DNA of 64,000 nucleotides from Nitrospirota bacterium (GTDB taxonomy: Bacteria > Nitrospirota > JACRHJ01), in the NCBI GenBank assembly GCA_963733375.1, contig CAVTDB010000026.1, positions 320,001 through 384,000 on the forward strand, written 5' to 3'. How positions within the stretch are numbered: the first letter of the stretch is position 1; each line of letters begins with the position of its first letter. The translations under genes were made by a program, and so were the position numbers. Positions 20,117-30,075 of this stretch are shown here, one piece after another. Below the pieces are notes generated by a model. It was not told where the DNA came from and made no database searches. It was given only the letters and a program-made list of their open reading frames with translations.

Positions 20117-21679
20117 TTGCGAACTTTTGTATCCGTGAACAGGGAGACCGAGCCTTTCACCGCGGCCCCGCTCGGCCTTGCGCTCGTCGCTCAAGCGCTC
20201 CGCCTTGCGGGGCACGACGTGCATGCGCTCGACCTCCTTTTCGCGGAAGACCCGGAAGCTGAGCTGAAGCAGGCAATCAGTTCTCTCTCTCCGGATTTCA
20301 TAGGCGTCTCGATTCGGAACATCGAGTCTTCCAGCCGTTTTCTCCTGCCGGATTACAAGGAAGTCATCGGGCTGATAAAGCGGGAGACGGAGGCCCCTGT
20401 CGCTTTGGGGGGGCCGGGATATTCCATCATGCCGAAGGCCGCCCTTCAATATCTGGGAGCGGATTACGGGATAGCCGGAGAGGGAGAAGTGGCCATGCCG
20501 ATGCTTGCGGACGCGCTTTCCGGGAAGACGCCTTTCTCGAAGGTACCCGGCCTTTGCCGGTTCGAAGGCGGCTCCTATATCCAGAACCCGGCAAGTCCGC
20601 TCAGCCTTGATACGCTCGGCCTGCCCGCGTGGGAGTTCTTCCCGGCCGAAAATTACGACATGATAGGGGTCCAGTCTAAACGCGGCTGTTCCTTCTCGTG
20701 CGTCTATTGCACCTATCCGGGGCTGGAAGGAAGAGAAATGCGCCTGCGGCCCCCGGAGGAAGTGGCGCGCGAGATGAGCGGCGCGATAGACGCCGGACTG
20801 ACGGCCCCTTTTTATTTCGTGGACAATATATTCAATAATCCGCCCGGCCACGCCGCCGCCGTATGCGATGAAATAATTAAACGCGGGATTAAAGCTTCCT
20901 GGGGATGCCTTGCAAGCCCCGTCGGACTGGACGGCAGGCTCCTTGATAAGATGAAGCGGGCGGGGTGCGAGAGCGTGGAGGTGGGCGCGGACTCCCTGTC
21001 CGACAGGATGCTCTCAAAGCTCGGTAAGAAGTTCGGGAAGGACGAGGCCGTGAACGCCGTCCGGGCCGCGAAGGAGGCGGGGCTGATGAGCCTCGTGTTC
21101 CTGCTCCTGGGCGGGCCGGGCGAGGACGGGGATTCGCTTAAAGAGACCTTCGACGCCCTTGAGGAGCTGCAGCCGGATAAAGTGTTCGCCGTCGCCGGAG
21201 TGCGGATATATCCGGGCACGCCCCTTGCCCGCATAGCCGAAAATGAGAAATTGATTTCGCCCGAAGACCCGCTTATGGAGCCAAAGTTTTACGTCTCGGA
21301 CAAGCTGGGCGACGGCCTTTATTCCATCGCGGGGGAATATTTCAAGACTCATCCGGACTGGGTCTGCTATCCCGCCAATGGTATTTTACAGGGAATGCAT
21401 CCGAAAGGTATCAGTTCGGGAAGGGGTCTTCATTCACAACCGAAGGATGCCCTGTGGGACGATTTCGCATTGGAGGTGTTCGAGAAAGTCCTGCTGGAGG
21501 TCCCGGCGCTCCTTCGGCCTATTGCGCGCAAGGCCATCCGGAAAAAGGCGCAAGGGGCGGTAAAATCCGGGTCGGTAAAAGCCTCCGACGTAAAGGACGC
21601 TTTTCTCTCCGAGACGCCCCGGCCTTTTCAGGGGCCGATGAGGGAAGCCTTAAGGAAACTGGGGCTGGCCGATGGTTAA
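20117..21679 (+). CDS. B12-binding radical SAM protein with C-terminal DUF2621/PCP_red-like domain
   Basis: PLGL..A..L...GHDV..LD and PDFIGVSIRNI (cobalamin domain), KRGCSFSCVYC, FVDNIFN, RIYPGTPL. Helical tail from W at 21455. Confidence 0.9.
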   Translation: MRTFVSVNRETEPFTAAPLGLALVAQALRLAGHDVHALDLLFAEDPEAELKQAISSLSPDFIGVSIRNIESSSRFLLPDYKEVIGLIKRETEAPVALGGPGYSIMPKAALQYLGADYGIAGEGEVAMPMLADALSGKTPFSKVPGLCRFEGGSYIQNPASPLSLDTLGLPAWEFFPAENYDMIGVQSKRGCSFSCVYCTYPGLEGREMRLRPPEEVAREMSGAIDAGLTAPFYFVDNIFNNPPGHAAAVCDEIIKRGIKASWGCLASPVGLDGRLLDKMKRAGCESVEVGADSLSDRMLSKLGKKFGKDEAVNAVRAAKEAGLMSLVFLLLGGPGEDGDSLKETFDALEELQPDKVFAVAGVRIYPGTPLARIAENEKLISPEDPLMEPKFYVSDKLGDGLYSIAGEYFKTHPDWVCYPANGILQGMHPKGISSGRGLHSQPKDALWDDFALEVFEKVLLEVPALLRPIARKAIRKKAQGAVKSGSVKASDVKDAFLSETPRPFQGPMREALRKLGLADG

Positions 21680-22572
21680 AGGGACTCATTCATACCGGCT
21701 GGACAAGCACTCTATCTACTGGTGGATCTCCTGGGGGGCGAGGTATATCCCGACCCCTCTCGCCAACTTGATAGGGGACAGGATCGCCGACTGGCTATTC
21801 TATTATAAATCCGAAAATATCGTCCCCGAGCAGGTAAGGAACCTGGACCACGTCCTGGGCCCGGACGTCCCGCATCGGGAAAAGTTCAAAACCGTGCGGA
21901 AACTCTGGCGCAGCCACGGGAGATTTCTGCTGGACCTCTTCCGTTTCGAGCGGATGAGCGACGCCGAGATAGCCTCGCGCGTGCCGGAATTTTTAGGCCT
22001 GGACAATATTCAAAAAGCGGTCGAGGACGGGAAGGGCGCGATAATCTTGACCGCACACATAGGCCATTGGGAGCTGGGCGGGATACTGCTGAAATACCTC
22101 GGGTTCAAGTTAAACGTCGTCCAGCACCTCTACGACTCGGAGGAGCAGAACCGCCTTTTAGACAGGAACAAGGATATCAGGGGGATAAAAATTATCTCCA
22201 CCAACGACCCCGCCGGGTTTGCCCTGAGCGCGTATAACGCCCTGAAAAGAAATGAACTCGTGGCGATTCAGGGGGACAGGGACTTAAGCAGGTCCGGCAT
22301 CAGGGTGGATTTCTTCGGGAAACCGGCGGCGTTCCCCAGGGGGCCGGCGCTTCTGGCCATGAAAACCGGCGTGCCGCTTATACCCGCGTTCACGATAATG
22401 GGAAAGGACGGCAAATACCATCCCGTCGCGGAGCCGCCGATAGAGATGACGGCTACCGGGGACACTGACGCAGGACCTGCGGGTAAACATAAGGAAAATC
22501 GCCGCTGTATTTGAAAAATACGTGCGCAGCCACCCTGAGCAGTGGTTCAATTTTTATTATTTTTGGGATTAA
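21672..22572 (+). CDS. lipid acyltransferase (LpxL/HtrB-like LPLAT; indel near 22470)
   Basis: TAHIGHWE (Hx4E), QGDR, VDFFGK.A.FP.GPA.LA. Corrected C-terminus is HPEQWFNFYYFWD. Confidence 0.85.
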
Positions 22573-22643
22573 TCCTTGACTTAGTGCCCCTTGTTTTGTC
22601 AAAATTACGTACTCTGCAATCGTAGTGGGAGGTTGAAGCGGCA

Positions 22644-24036
22644 ATGAGTTATTATGAGCAGTTGCGAAATTATACTATTACGCAGGCGGCGGACGCCTTG
22701 CTGGGGATTCTCGGCAACAGTTCAGACGAAAATGTCATCCGGTTCACCTACCTGGCCGAAAAATTCGCCAAAAAAGAGAAGTACGTCAAGGCGATAAGGG
22801 AGATCCGGAAGATGTTCATGGACGGCCACCCGAGTCTGCAGGTGGCGAAGAAGATAATCCGGGAGACCCACCCGAACGTCCGCAAGAGGCTGGTGAAGAC
22901 GTTCATAGTCGGCCAGTTGCTGGTAGGCACGAACAAGCGGAAGGCGTTTCAGGACGAAGGGGGCGGTTTCTATCCGCCCGGCCTGTATGTCATCTCGCCC
23001 TCGATGCGCTGCAACTTGAACTGCTTCGGCTGCTACGCCGGCAGCTATAAAAAGACCGAAGAACTGTCGTTCGATGAAGTTGACGGCGTCATAAACCAGA
23101 TGAAGGAGATGGGCGTTTACTTCTGCGTCGTCTCCGGCGGAGAGCCGTTCTTCCGGAAGGACCTGCTGGAAATTTTCGAAAAGCACCACGACGTTGCGTT
23201 CCTGGTTTTCACCCACGGCGGACTTTTAGACGAGACGCTTGTAAAGAAGGTGGCCGAACTTGGCAACGTCCTGCCCTGCATAAGCCTTGAAGGGTTCGAG
23301 GAGGAGACCGACCTCCGGCGCGGCAAGGGGCATTTTAAAAAGGTCATGCACGCCATGGACCTCCTGAAAGAAGCGGGGGTGCTGTTCGGCTTCTCCTGCA
23401 CCGCTACCCGCAAGAACTTCGAGACCATCACCTCGGACAAGCTACTATGACCTTATGATCGAAAAGGGCTGCTCGGTGGGCTGGTTCTTCTCGTACATAC
23501 CCATAGGCAGGGAGCCGAACATCGACCTTATGCCCACGCCCCAGCAGAGAAGCACGCTCCGGGAGACGGTCTGGCGCGTCCGGCGGACGAAGCCGATACT
23601 GCTTGCTGATTTCTGGAACGACGGGCACGTCGTGGGCGGGTGCATCGCCGGCGGTAGGAAATACCTGCACATAAACGCGCACGGCGATATCGAACCCTGC
23701 GTGTTCTGCCATTTCGCCGTGGACAACATCAGGAGCACGACGATAAAAGAAGCGCTGATGTCGTCGTTCTTCAAGATGATACGCGCGCGGCAGAAGACCA
23801 ACCCGAACATGCTGACTCCGTGCATGATGATAGACAAGCCGGAGTTCGTCCGCGAATCGGTCCTGGCATCCGGGGCGCGGCCCACGCATGAGGGCGCGGA
23901 GAAGATACTGACCGACCTGGCGCCGGACCTGGACAAATACTCCGAGGAGTACTGCCGGCTCGCGGACAAGGCATGGGAGAAGATTAAGGCTGAGAAGGAA
24001 GCGTCTGAAGAGGCGTGCACGGAAGTGGAGCGGTAG
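22644..24036 (+). CDS. radical SAM protein with SPASM/twitch-like C-terminus (indel near 23445)
   Basis: CNLNCFGC, SGGEP, GCIAGGR.YLHINA.GDIEPCVF. A promoter-like TTGACT lies upstream at 22576. Confidence 0.85.
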
Positions 24037-24043
24037 GAAAAAA

Positions 24044-24119
24044 TGGTGCCGAGGCGCAGAATCGAACTGCGGACACGAGGCTTTTCAGGCCTCTGCTCTA
24101 CCAACTGAGCTACCTCGGC
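24044..24119 (-). tRNA. tRNA-Phe (GAA)
   Basis: Reverse complement GCCGAGGTAGCTCAGTTGGTAGAGCAGAGGCCTGAAAAGCCTCGTGTCCGCAGTTCGATTCTGCGCCTCGGCACCA forms a cloverleaf with GAA anticodon and encoded CCA. Confidence 0.97.
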
Positions 24120-24130
24120 ACGAGGCCAAT

Positions 24131-24160
24131 AAATTAACAGAGCGTCCGACGGTTTGTCAA
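24131..24160 (-). promoter_or_regulatory. promoter of tRNA-Phe
   Basis: Minus strand TTGACA, 18 bp spacer, TGtTAATTT. Confidence 0.5.
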
Positions 24161-24216
24161 GATAAAATTATAGCAGAACGCGGGACTTTTAAAAGGCTGT
24201 ACAATTCGTCCCCGCA

Positions 24217-24989
24217 ATGAGCGCCACATACTTGAGGTATTTTTTGAAGCAGATTTCCGGAAGGCCCACGTCCCTGAAGCCCGCGCCATTTAGGTTCTGT
24301 CCGGGTTGCAGCCACGGCACTCTGCACAGGATGATCGCCCAGGCGATAGACGATTTGGGGATGCGCGAAAAGACCATCGGCATCGCGCCCGTCGGATGCG
24401 CCGTATTCGCATACGACTATTTTAATTTCGATATGCTCGAAGTCGCCCACGGACGGCCCCCGGCGGCATGCACCGGGATGAAGCGCGTCCTCCCCGACAG
24501 GCTGATATTCAGCTACCAGGGGGACGGGGACCTCGCCGCCATCGGGACCGCGGAGATTATCCACGCCGCAAACCGGGGCGAGAACTTCACGGTCATATTC
24601 GTGAACAACGCGACATACGGGATGACCGGCGGCCAGATGGCCCCCACGACGCTCATCAACCAGAAGACTACCACGACCCCAAGGGGCAGAAAACCCGAAG
24701 AGGACGGATATCCCTTGCGGGCGGCGGAGATGATAGCGACGCTTGAAGCGCCGTATTACGTGGAGCGCACCGCGATAGACTCGAAGAAAAACGTCTCAAG
24801 ACGAAGAACGCCATAAGGAAGGCCTTCGAGTACCAGCTTGCGGGCAAGGGTTTTACTTTTGTCGAGGTCCTCTCGCTGTGCCCGACGAACTGGGGGATGG
24901 AGCCCCTGAAGGCGATGGAATGGGTGGCCGGGCCGATGCAGGATGTTTTCCCGGTGAAAGTATTCAAAGACGGCGGGAAACATCTGTGA
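24217..24989 (+). CDS. 2-oxoacid:ferredoxin oxidoreductase beta (TPP-binding) subunit (indel near 24797)
   Basis: FCPGC.HG, PVGC, AHGR, YQGDGDL, NNATYGMTGGQMAPTT, CPTNW. Confidence 0.9.
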
Positions 24990-25522
24990 AAAGCGACGTA
25001 TTGATCGCGGGCTTCGGCGGCCAGGGAGTCCTGCTGGCGGGCAAGCTCCTGGCATGGGCCGGGATGCTGGGCGGGAAGCATGTGACATGGTTCCCTTCAT
25101 ACGGCGCGGAGATGCGCGGCGGCACCGCCAACTGCACCGTCATAATATCCGATGAAGAGATCGGCTCTCCGGTGGTGGACAGCCCCGGCGCGCTTATCGC
25201 CATGAACGAGGCCTCCGCCGTCAAGTTCTCCGATAAGGTCATACGCGGCGGGTTCATAATCCTGAATTCCTCTCTCGTCAAGACGGTCGTCAAGAGGCCG
25301 GGCAGAAAGGTATTCAAGGTGTCCGCGAACGAGATCGCGGAGGAAATAGGGAACCCGCGCGTGGTCAATATGGTCCTGCTGGGCGCATACCTGAAGGTCT
25401 CCGGCGCGGCCTCCATCGGCCATGTAACGAAGGCCCTCGAAGAATCGCTCCCGCCCAGGAACAGGCATCTCCTTCCCGCGAACATATCCGCGCTCGAAAA
25501 AGGTTTTTCCCAGGTCTGCTGA
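24986..25522 (+). CDS. 2-oxoacid:ferredoxin oxidoreductase gamma subunit
   Basis: IAGFGGQG, PSYGAEMRGGTANC, NMVLLGA. Confidence 0.92.
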   Translation: MKSDVLIAGFGGQGVLLAGKLLAWAGMLGGKHVTWFPSYGAEMRGGTANCTVIISDEEIGSPVVDSPGALIAMNEASAVKFSDKVIRGGFIILNSSLVKTVVKRPGRKVFKVSANEIAEEIGNPRVVNMVLLGAYLKVSGAASIGHVTKALEESLPPRNRHLLPANISALEKGFSQVC

Positions 25523-25980
25523 TGATACGAAAAGCGCGAATCCAGGACGTAAAAATCATAAAGGACCTGGTCAACCGCTACGCCGAAAAGGGAGAGATGC
25601 TCCCCAGGGCGCTTGGCGAGCTGTACGACTCCGTCCGCGATTTCAGCGTCTATGAAAAAGACGGAAAGGTCATAGGCGTAGCCGCGCTCCATATCGGGTG
25701 GGAGGGCTTAGGCGAACTGCGGTCGGTGGCGGTCGCGCCGGAGCATATCGGGGAAGGCATAGGAAAAAAACTGGTCCAGGCCTGCATGGAAGAGGCGGCA
25801 AAGATGGGGGTCAGGGAAGTCTTCGTCCTCACGTACGTCCAGGAATTTTTCGATAAAATCGGGTTTCGTACGGCCAACAGAAACGACCTCCCGCAGAAGG
25901 TATGGACCGAGTGCCGGAACAAGTGCGTAAAATATCCCGACGAGTGCAACGAGACAGCGATGACCCTGAAACTCGATTGA
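25522..25980 (+). CDS. GNAT acetyltransferase (short ArgA-like N-acetylglutamate synthase)
   Basis: MIRKA, MLPR, ELRSVAV..G.GIG, VFVLTY..FF...GF, LPQKVW.EC..C. Confidence 0.8.
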   Translation: MIRKARIQDVKIIKDLVNRYAEKGEMLPRALGELYDSVRDFSVYEKDGKVIGVAALHIGWEGLGELRSVAVAPEHIGEGIGKKLVQACMEEAAKMGVREVFVLTYVQEFFDKIGFRTANRNDLPQKVWTECRNKCVKYPDECNETAMTLKLD

Positions 25981-27102
25981 TGAAGGCCGGGCTTTATTTC
26001 CACGTCCCTTTCTGCGTCCGCAAGTGCCGTTACTGCTCCTTCAATTCCATCCCGTTCGATAAAGAAACCGCGAAAAAATATGTCCTGGCCATCTGCAAAG
26101 AGATGCGGATGCGGGGCGTCGGGATAGACCCCTTAAGCGTTTACGTCGGCGGCGGCACGCCCACGGTACTGCCGATGGAAAGCCTCCGTCTCCTGCTGGA
26201 GGGTATCGGAGAGTGTTTCAATCCGCCGGGCGGCATGGAATTAACCGTTGAGGCGAACCCCGGGACTTTGGGGCGGATCGATTTTTCCGCGCTTCGGGCG
26301 CTCGGGGTGAACAGGGTAAGCCTGGGCGCGCAGTCGTTCGACCCGGAGGAGCTTCGGACCCTGGGGCAGGATACACGGCCCGGGTGAGATAAAGCGGGCC
26401 GTGGAAGGCCTGCGGGCGTCCGGGATAGATAACATCAGCCTCGACCTCATCTACTCGCTTCCGGGGCAGGGCCTTAACGGGTGGCTAAGTTCGCTCGATG
26501 AAGCCATCAGCCTCTCACCCGAACACATCTCCCTCTACGATCTGTCCATCGAGGAGGGGACCGAGTTTCACGCGATGCAGAAGGCCGGACGGTTGACCCT
26601 TCCGCCGGAGACGGTGCAGGTGGAGATGTATCTCGCGGCGGTAAGCCGGCTTTCGGAAGCCGGATACGCGCGTTACGAGATTTCCAATTTCGCCCGCCCC
26701 GGCCATGAGTGCGTGCATAACCTCAACTACTGGTCCGCGGGCGATTTTATCGGTTTCGGCGCGGGCGCGCACTCGCGGACTGATGGCCATGCCGTCTGGA
26801 ATATCCCGGATGTCGCGCGGTATATCGAAAGGCTTGAAAAGGGAGAAGACGCGGCGGAGTCCTCGGAAGTCCTGACGCCCGGGGAACGGGAGCGGGAGTT
26901 TCTGATGCTTGGCTTAAGGAAGAGCGGCGGGTTTTCGCTGGAAGAATACGGGACGAAGTTCGGGAAGGATTTTCTGGATGAATATGGTGCAATAGCCATG
27001 AAGATGGCGGATGCGGGATATATGGTCATAAGCGAAGGCAAAGCCTGCCTGACGATGCGCGGAGTCCTTGCGTCAAACCGGGTAATTACGGAGTTTTTCT
27101 AA
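25980..27102 (+). CDS. hemW: radical SAM heme chaperone (indel near 26368)
   Basis: YFHVPFCVRKCRYCSFN, GGGTPT, EANP, YEISNFA, HNLNYW. Confidence 0.88.
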
Positions 27103-27181
27103 GAATTTTTTTGTTTACAGCGTCATGGCCGTAGTGCTATATTATGGCACTTTAAAAGGGTGAGCATCAAGGAGGCGATTT

Positions 27182-29514
27182 TTGGTTTTTCCCCGCACCA
27201 GAAAATTTCTGTTTCTAACCATTTCCATTCTCCTCTTAGCCACAGCTCTCCCGGTTTTCGCAGCCGATGAAGGGACCAAGGATAACTGATATCCAGATAG
27301 CGGGGAACAAGAAGGTCGAGACCGATACCCTCCGCTCGAAGATGTCTATTAAAGTCGGGGACCCTTTTATCCCGTCCAAGGTCCGCCAGGACGTGGAGAG
27401 CCTCTACCGGATGGGATATTTCAGCGATATAAAGGTGGACGCGGAAGGTTATCAGGGGGGACTCAGGCTGACGTTCAACGTCGTCGAGCGGCCGATTCTC
27501 GCGTCGTTCAATTTCGAGGGGAACGAAAAACTTGAGAGCACGAAACTGAGGGAGAAGGTAAACCTCACGGCTTATTCCATATATAACCCGTCGCTGGTGG
27601 AAGAGAACGCGGAGAAGCTCCGGCTTTTCTACCAGGACGAGGGATATTACAACGCGCAGGTCCTCCCGGTAATAAAAGAGACCAAGAGGGACGTGCGGGT
27701 AATATACCAGATAAAAGAGGGCGATAAGGTACGTATAGATAAAGTTACCTTTGTCGGGAACGAAAAGATCAGCACCAAAAAAATAAAGAAGGTCATTTCC
27801 ACCAAAAAATACATCCCGCTGTGGTCCTGGGTTATGAAGACCGGGACGTATAAGGTGTTAGACCTCTCCCAGGACATCGAGAGGATAAAAGGCCTTTATT
27901 ACAACAACGGCTACATCCAGATAAACGTCGGCGAGCCCAAGGTGGACCTGTCCGCGGACAAGAAAAGCCTCTCCATCACCATACCCATCCATGAGGGCGA
28001 CCAGTTCCGCTACGGCACGATAGAAGTCTCCGGCAACAAGGTCTTTACCGACAAAGAGCTGATGGCCAAGGTCAAGAGCAAGCCGGGCGAGATCATGAAC
28101 CGGGACCTGATGAAAGACGACGTAGTCGCCCTTACCGACATGTACGGCTCAAAGGGTTATGCGTTCGCCTCGATCTCCCCGGTCATCAAGCCGGACACCG
28201 AGAAGAAGCTGGTCGACGTTACGCTGGAGGCAAGCGAGGGCGACCAGATATTCGTGAACAGGATAAACATCTCCGGGAACGTAAAGACGCGGGACAAGGT
28301 AATCCGGCGCGAGCTTAAGTTCGACGAGGGCGAGATATACGATACCACCAGCCTGAAAACGGAGCTACGACAGGCTCAAGAACCTGGACTTCTTCGAGGA
28401 CGTGCAGATCGTCCCCGAGAGGAAGGCCGAGAAGGACACGGTGGACTTGAACGTCAAGGTGAAGGAGAAATCCACCGGCTCCTTCAGCATCGGCGGCGGG
28501 TACAGCACGATAGACAGGCTGGTCGGGATAGGCGAGATCACGCAGAACAACTTCCTGGGGCTGGGCGAAATGCTTAAGTTCAAGGGAGAGTTCGGCGCGC
28601 GCACGCAGGACTTCAACTTAAGCTTTCTGGAGCCGTGGCTCCTTGACAGGCCCGTATCGCTCCGCATCGACCTCTTTAAAGAGCAAAGGACTTATACCGG
28701 CTATTCCGACAAATCCACCGGCGCGAGCCTGAGCCTTGGCCGCCGCTTCTGGGATTACTGGGGTATAACCGGCTCCTATTCCTGGTCGGACGAGAGCTAT
28801 TTCGACGTGGTGGACTCAATCTCGACCAACCCTCTCTTCCTGCAGAGCGAGGAATTCAAGACCACCGGCAAAGTCGGGCTCAATTTCTCACGGGACAGCA
28901 GGGACAACTACCTGGACCCCAGGCGGGGAAGCAACAACTCGATATACGCCGAGTACGCCGCGACAGCTCTTGGCGGCGATAACGCATTTTATAAGGTAAT
29001 AGGCGACAGCACCTGGTACTTCCCGTTCTTCTTCGACACCGCGTTCTCCATCCACGGCAGGGCCGGATATGCCGCGGGATTGCAGGGGCGCCCGCTCCCG
29101 TTGAACGAGAGGTTCTTTGTCGGCGGCATGGGCACCGTGCGGGGCCTGGACTGGGGCACCGCCGGCCCGCGTTTCCCGATTCGTGAAGCTGGAACAAAAT
29201 AACCGGCGCAACCGTGCCAATATCGGATAACGGCGACCCGAAGGGCGGCAGTAAAGGAGTTAGTATTCAACGGCGAATATACTTTCCCGCTGTTCGCCGC
29301 CGTAAAACTCAGGGGCGTGACGTTCGTGGACGCCGGAAGGGCTTTCGACGACAACGAGGGTTTCGATTTAAGCAAGCTGACATATACCGCCGGCGCCGGT
29401 TTAAGATGGACTTCTCCAATGGGGCTTATCAGGCTCGAGTATGGATACGTCCTGAACAGGAAGCAGGATGAGAGATCTGGTAAATTTGAATTTTCCATGG
29501 GGTCGATGTTTTAA
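27182..29514 (+). CDS. bamA: outer membrane protein assembly factor (several indels)
   Basis: POTRA repeats (GN..., LY..GYF, GN.KTRD.VIRRE), VRG motif, SP.G.IRLEYG, C-terminal Phe. AAGGAGG RBS and signal peptide from TTG 27182. Confidence 0.92.
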
Positions 29515-29517
29515 AAA

Positions 29518-30075
29518 ATGGAGGTCAAGAGGATGAGGAAGATAATAGTGGCAGCAACCGCGGCGCTTGTCCTTGCGGCAATGTTCTGCAGTGTGTCGTC
29601 CGCGGCTGAGATTAAACTGGGATATATAAACCTCCGCAAGGTGCAGGCGGATTCAAAAGCGGGTAAGGACGCGCTGAAGACTCTGGAGAACCTGGTCAAA
29701 GACAAGCAGACCCAGATAGAGCAGCGGAAGAACGAGATGCAGAAGATGCAGGAAGAGCTGGATAAGCAATCCGCCGTGATATCCGCGGACGAGAGGCGCC
29801 GCAGGCAGGACAAGATCCAGAGGGCGTACAAGGACTACCAGAGGTTCGGCTCCGATTCCGAAGATGAACTGTCCAAGAAGAAAGAGGAGATGGCGAACAG
29901 GATGTTCGACGAAGTCGCCGCCGTCATCGAGAAGTTCGGCAAGGAAGAGGGCTATACCCTCATCCTCGACCGTTCGGTAGTGCTGTACGCCCCGGAGGCG
30001 GTGGACATTACGGACAAGATAATCAAGGCTTACGACGACACCAAAGAAACCAACGTAAGCAAACCTAAAAAGTAA
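29518..30075 (+). CDS. skp: OmpH/Skp periplasmic chaperone
   Basis: Signal peptide, KLGYIN, coiled coil, GYTLILD...VLY.....DIT. Follows bamA. Confidence 0.9.
   Translation: MEVKRMRKIIVAATAALVLAAMFCSVSSAAEIKLGYINLRKVQADSKAGKDALKTLENLVKDKQTQIEQRKNEMQKMQEELDKQSAVISADERRRRQDKIQRAYKDYQRFGSDSEDELSKKKEEMANRMFDEVAAVIEKFGKEEGYTLILDRSVVLYAPEAVDITDKIIKAYDDTKETNVSKPKK

Noticed and set aside
4300-24119. PKS cluster as a tRNA-Phe-integrated genomic island
   Set aside because: The tRNA 3' end faces the cluster, but I found no integrase and no duplicated tRNA 3' end, and the cluster's composition looks host-like.
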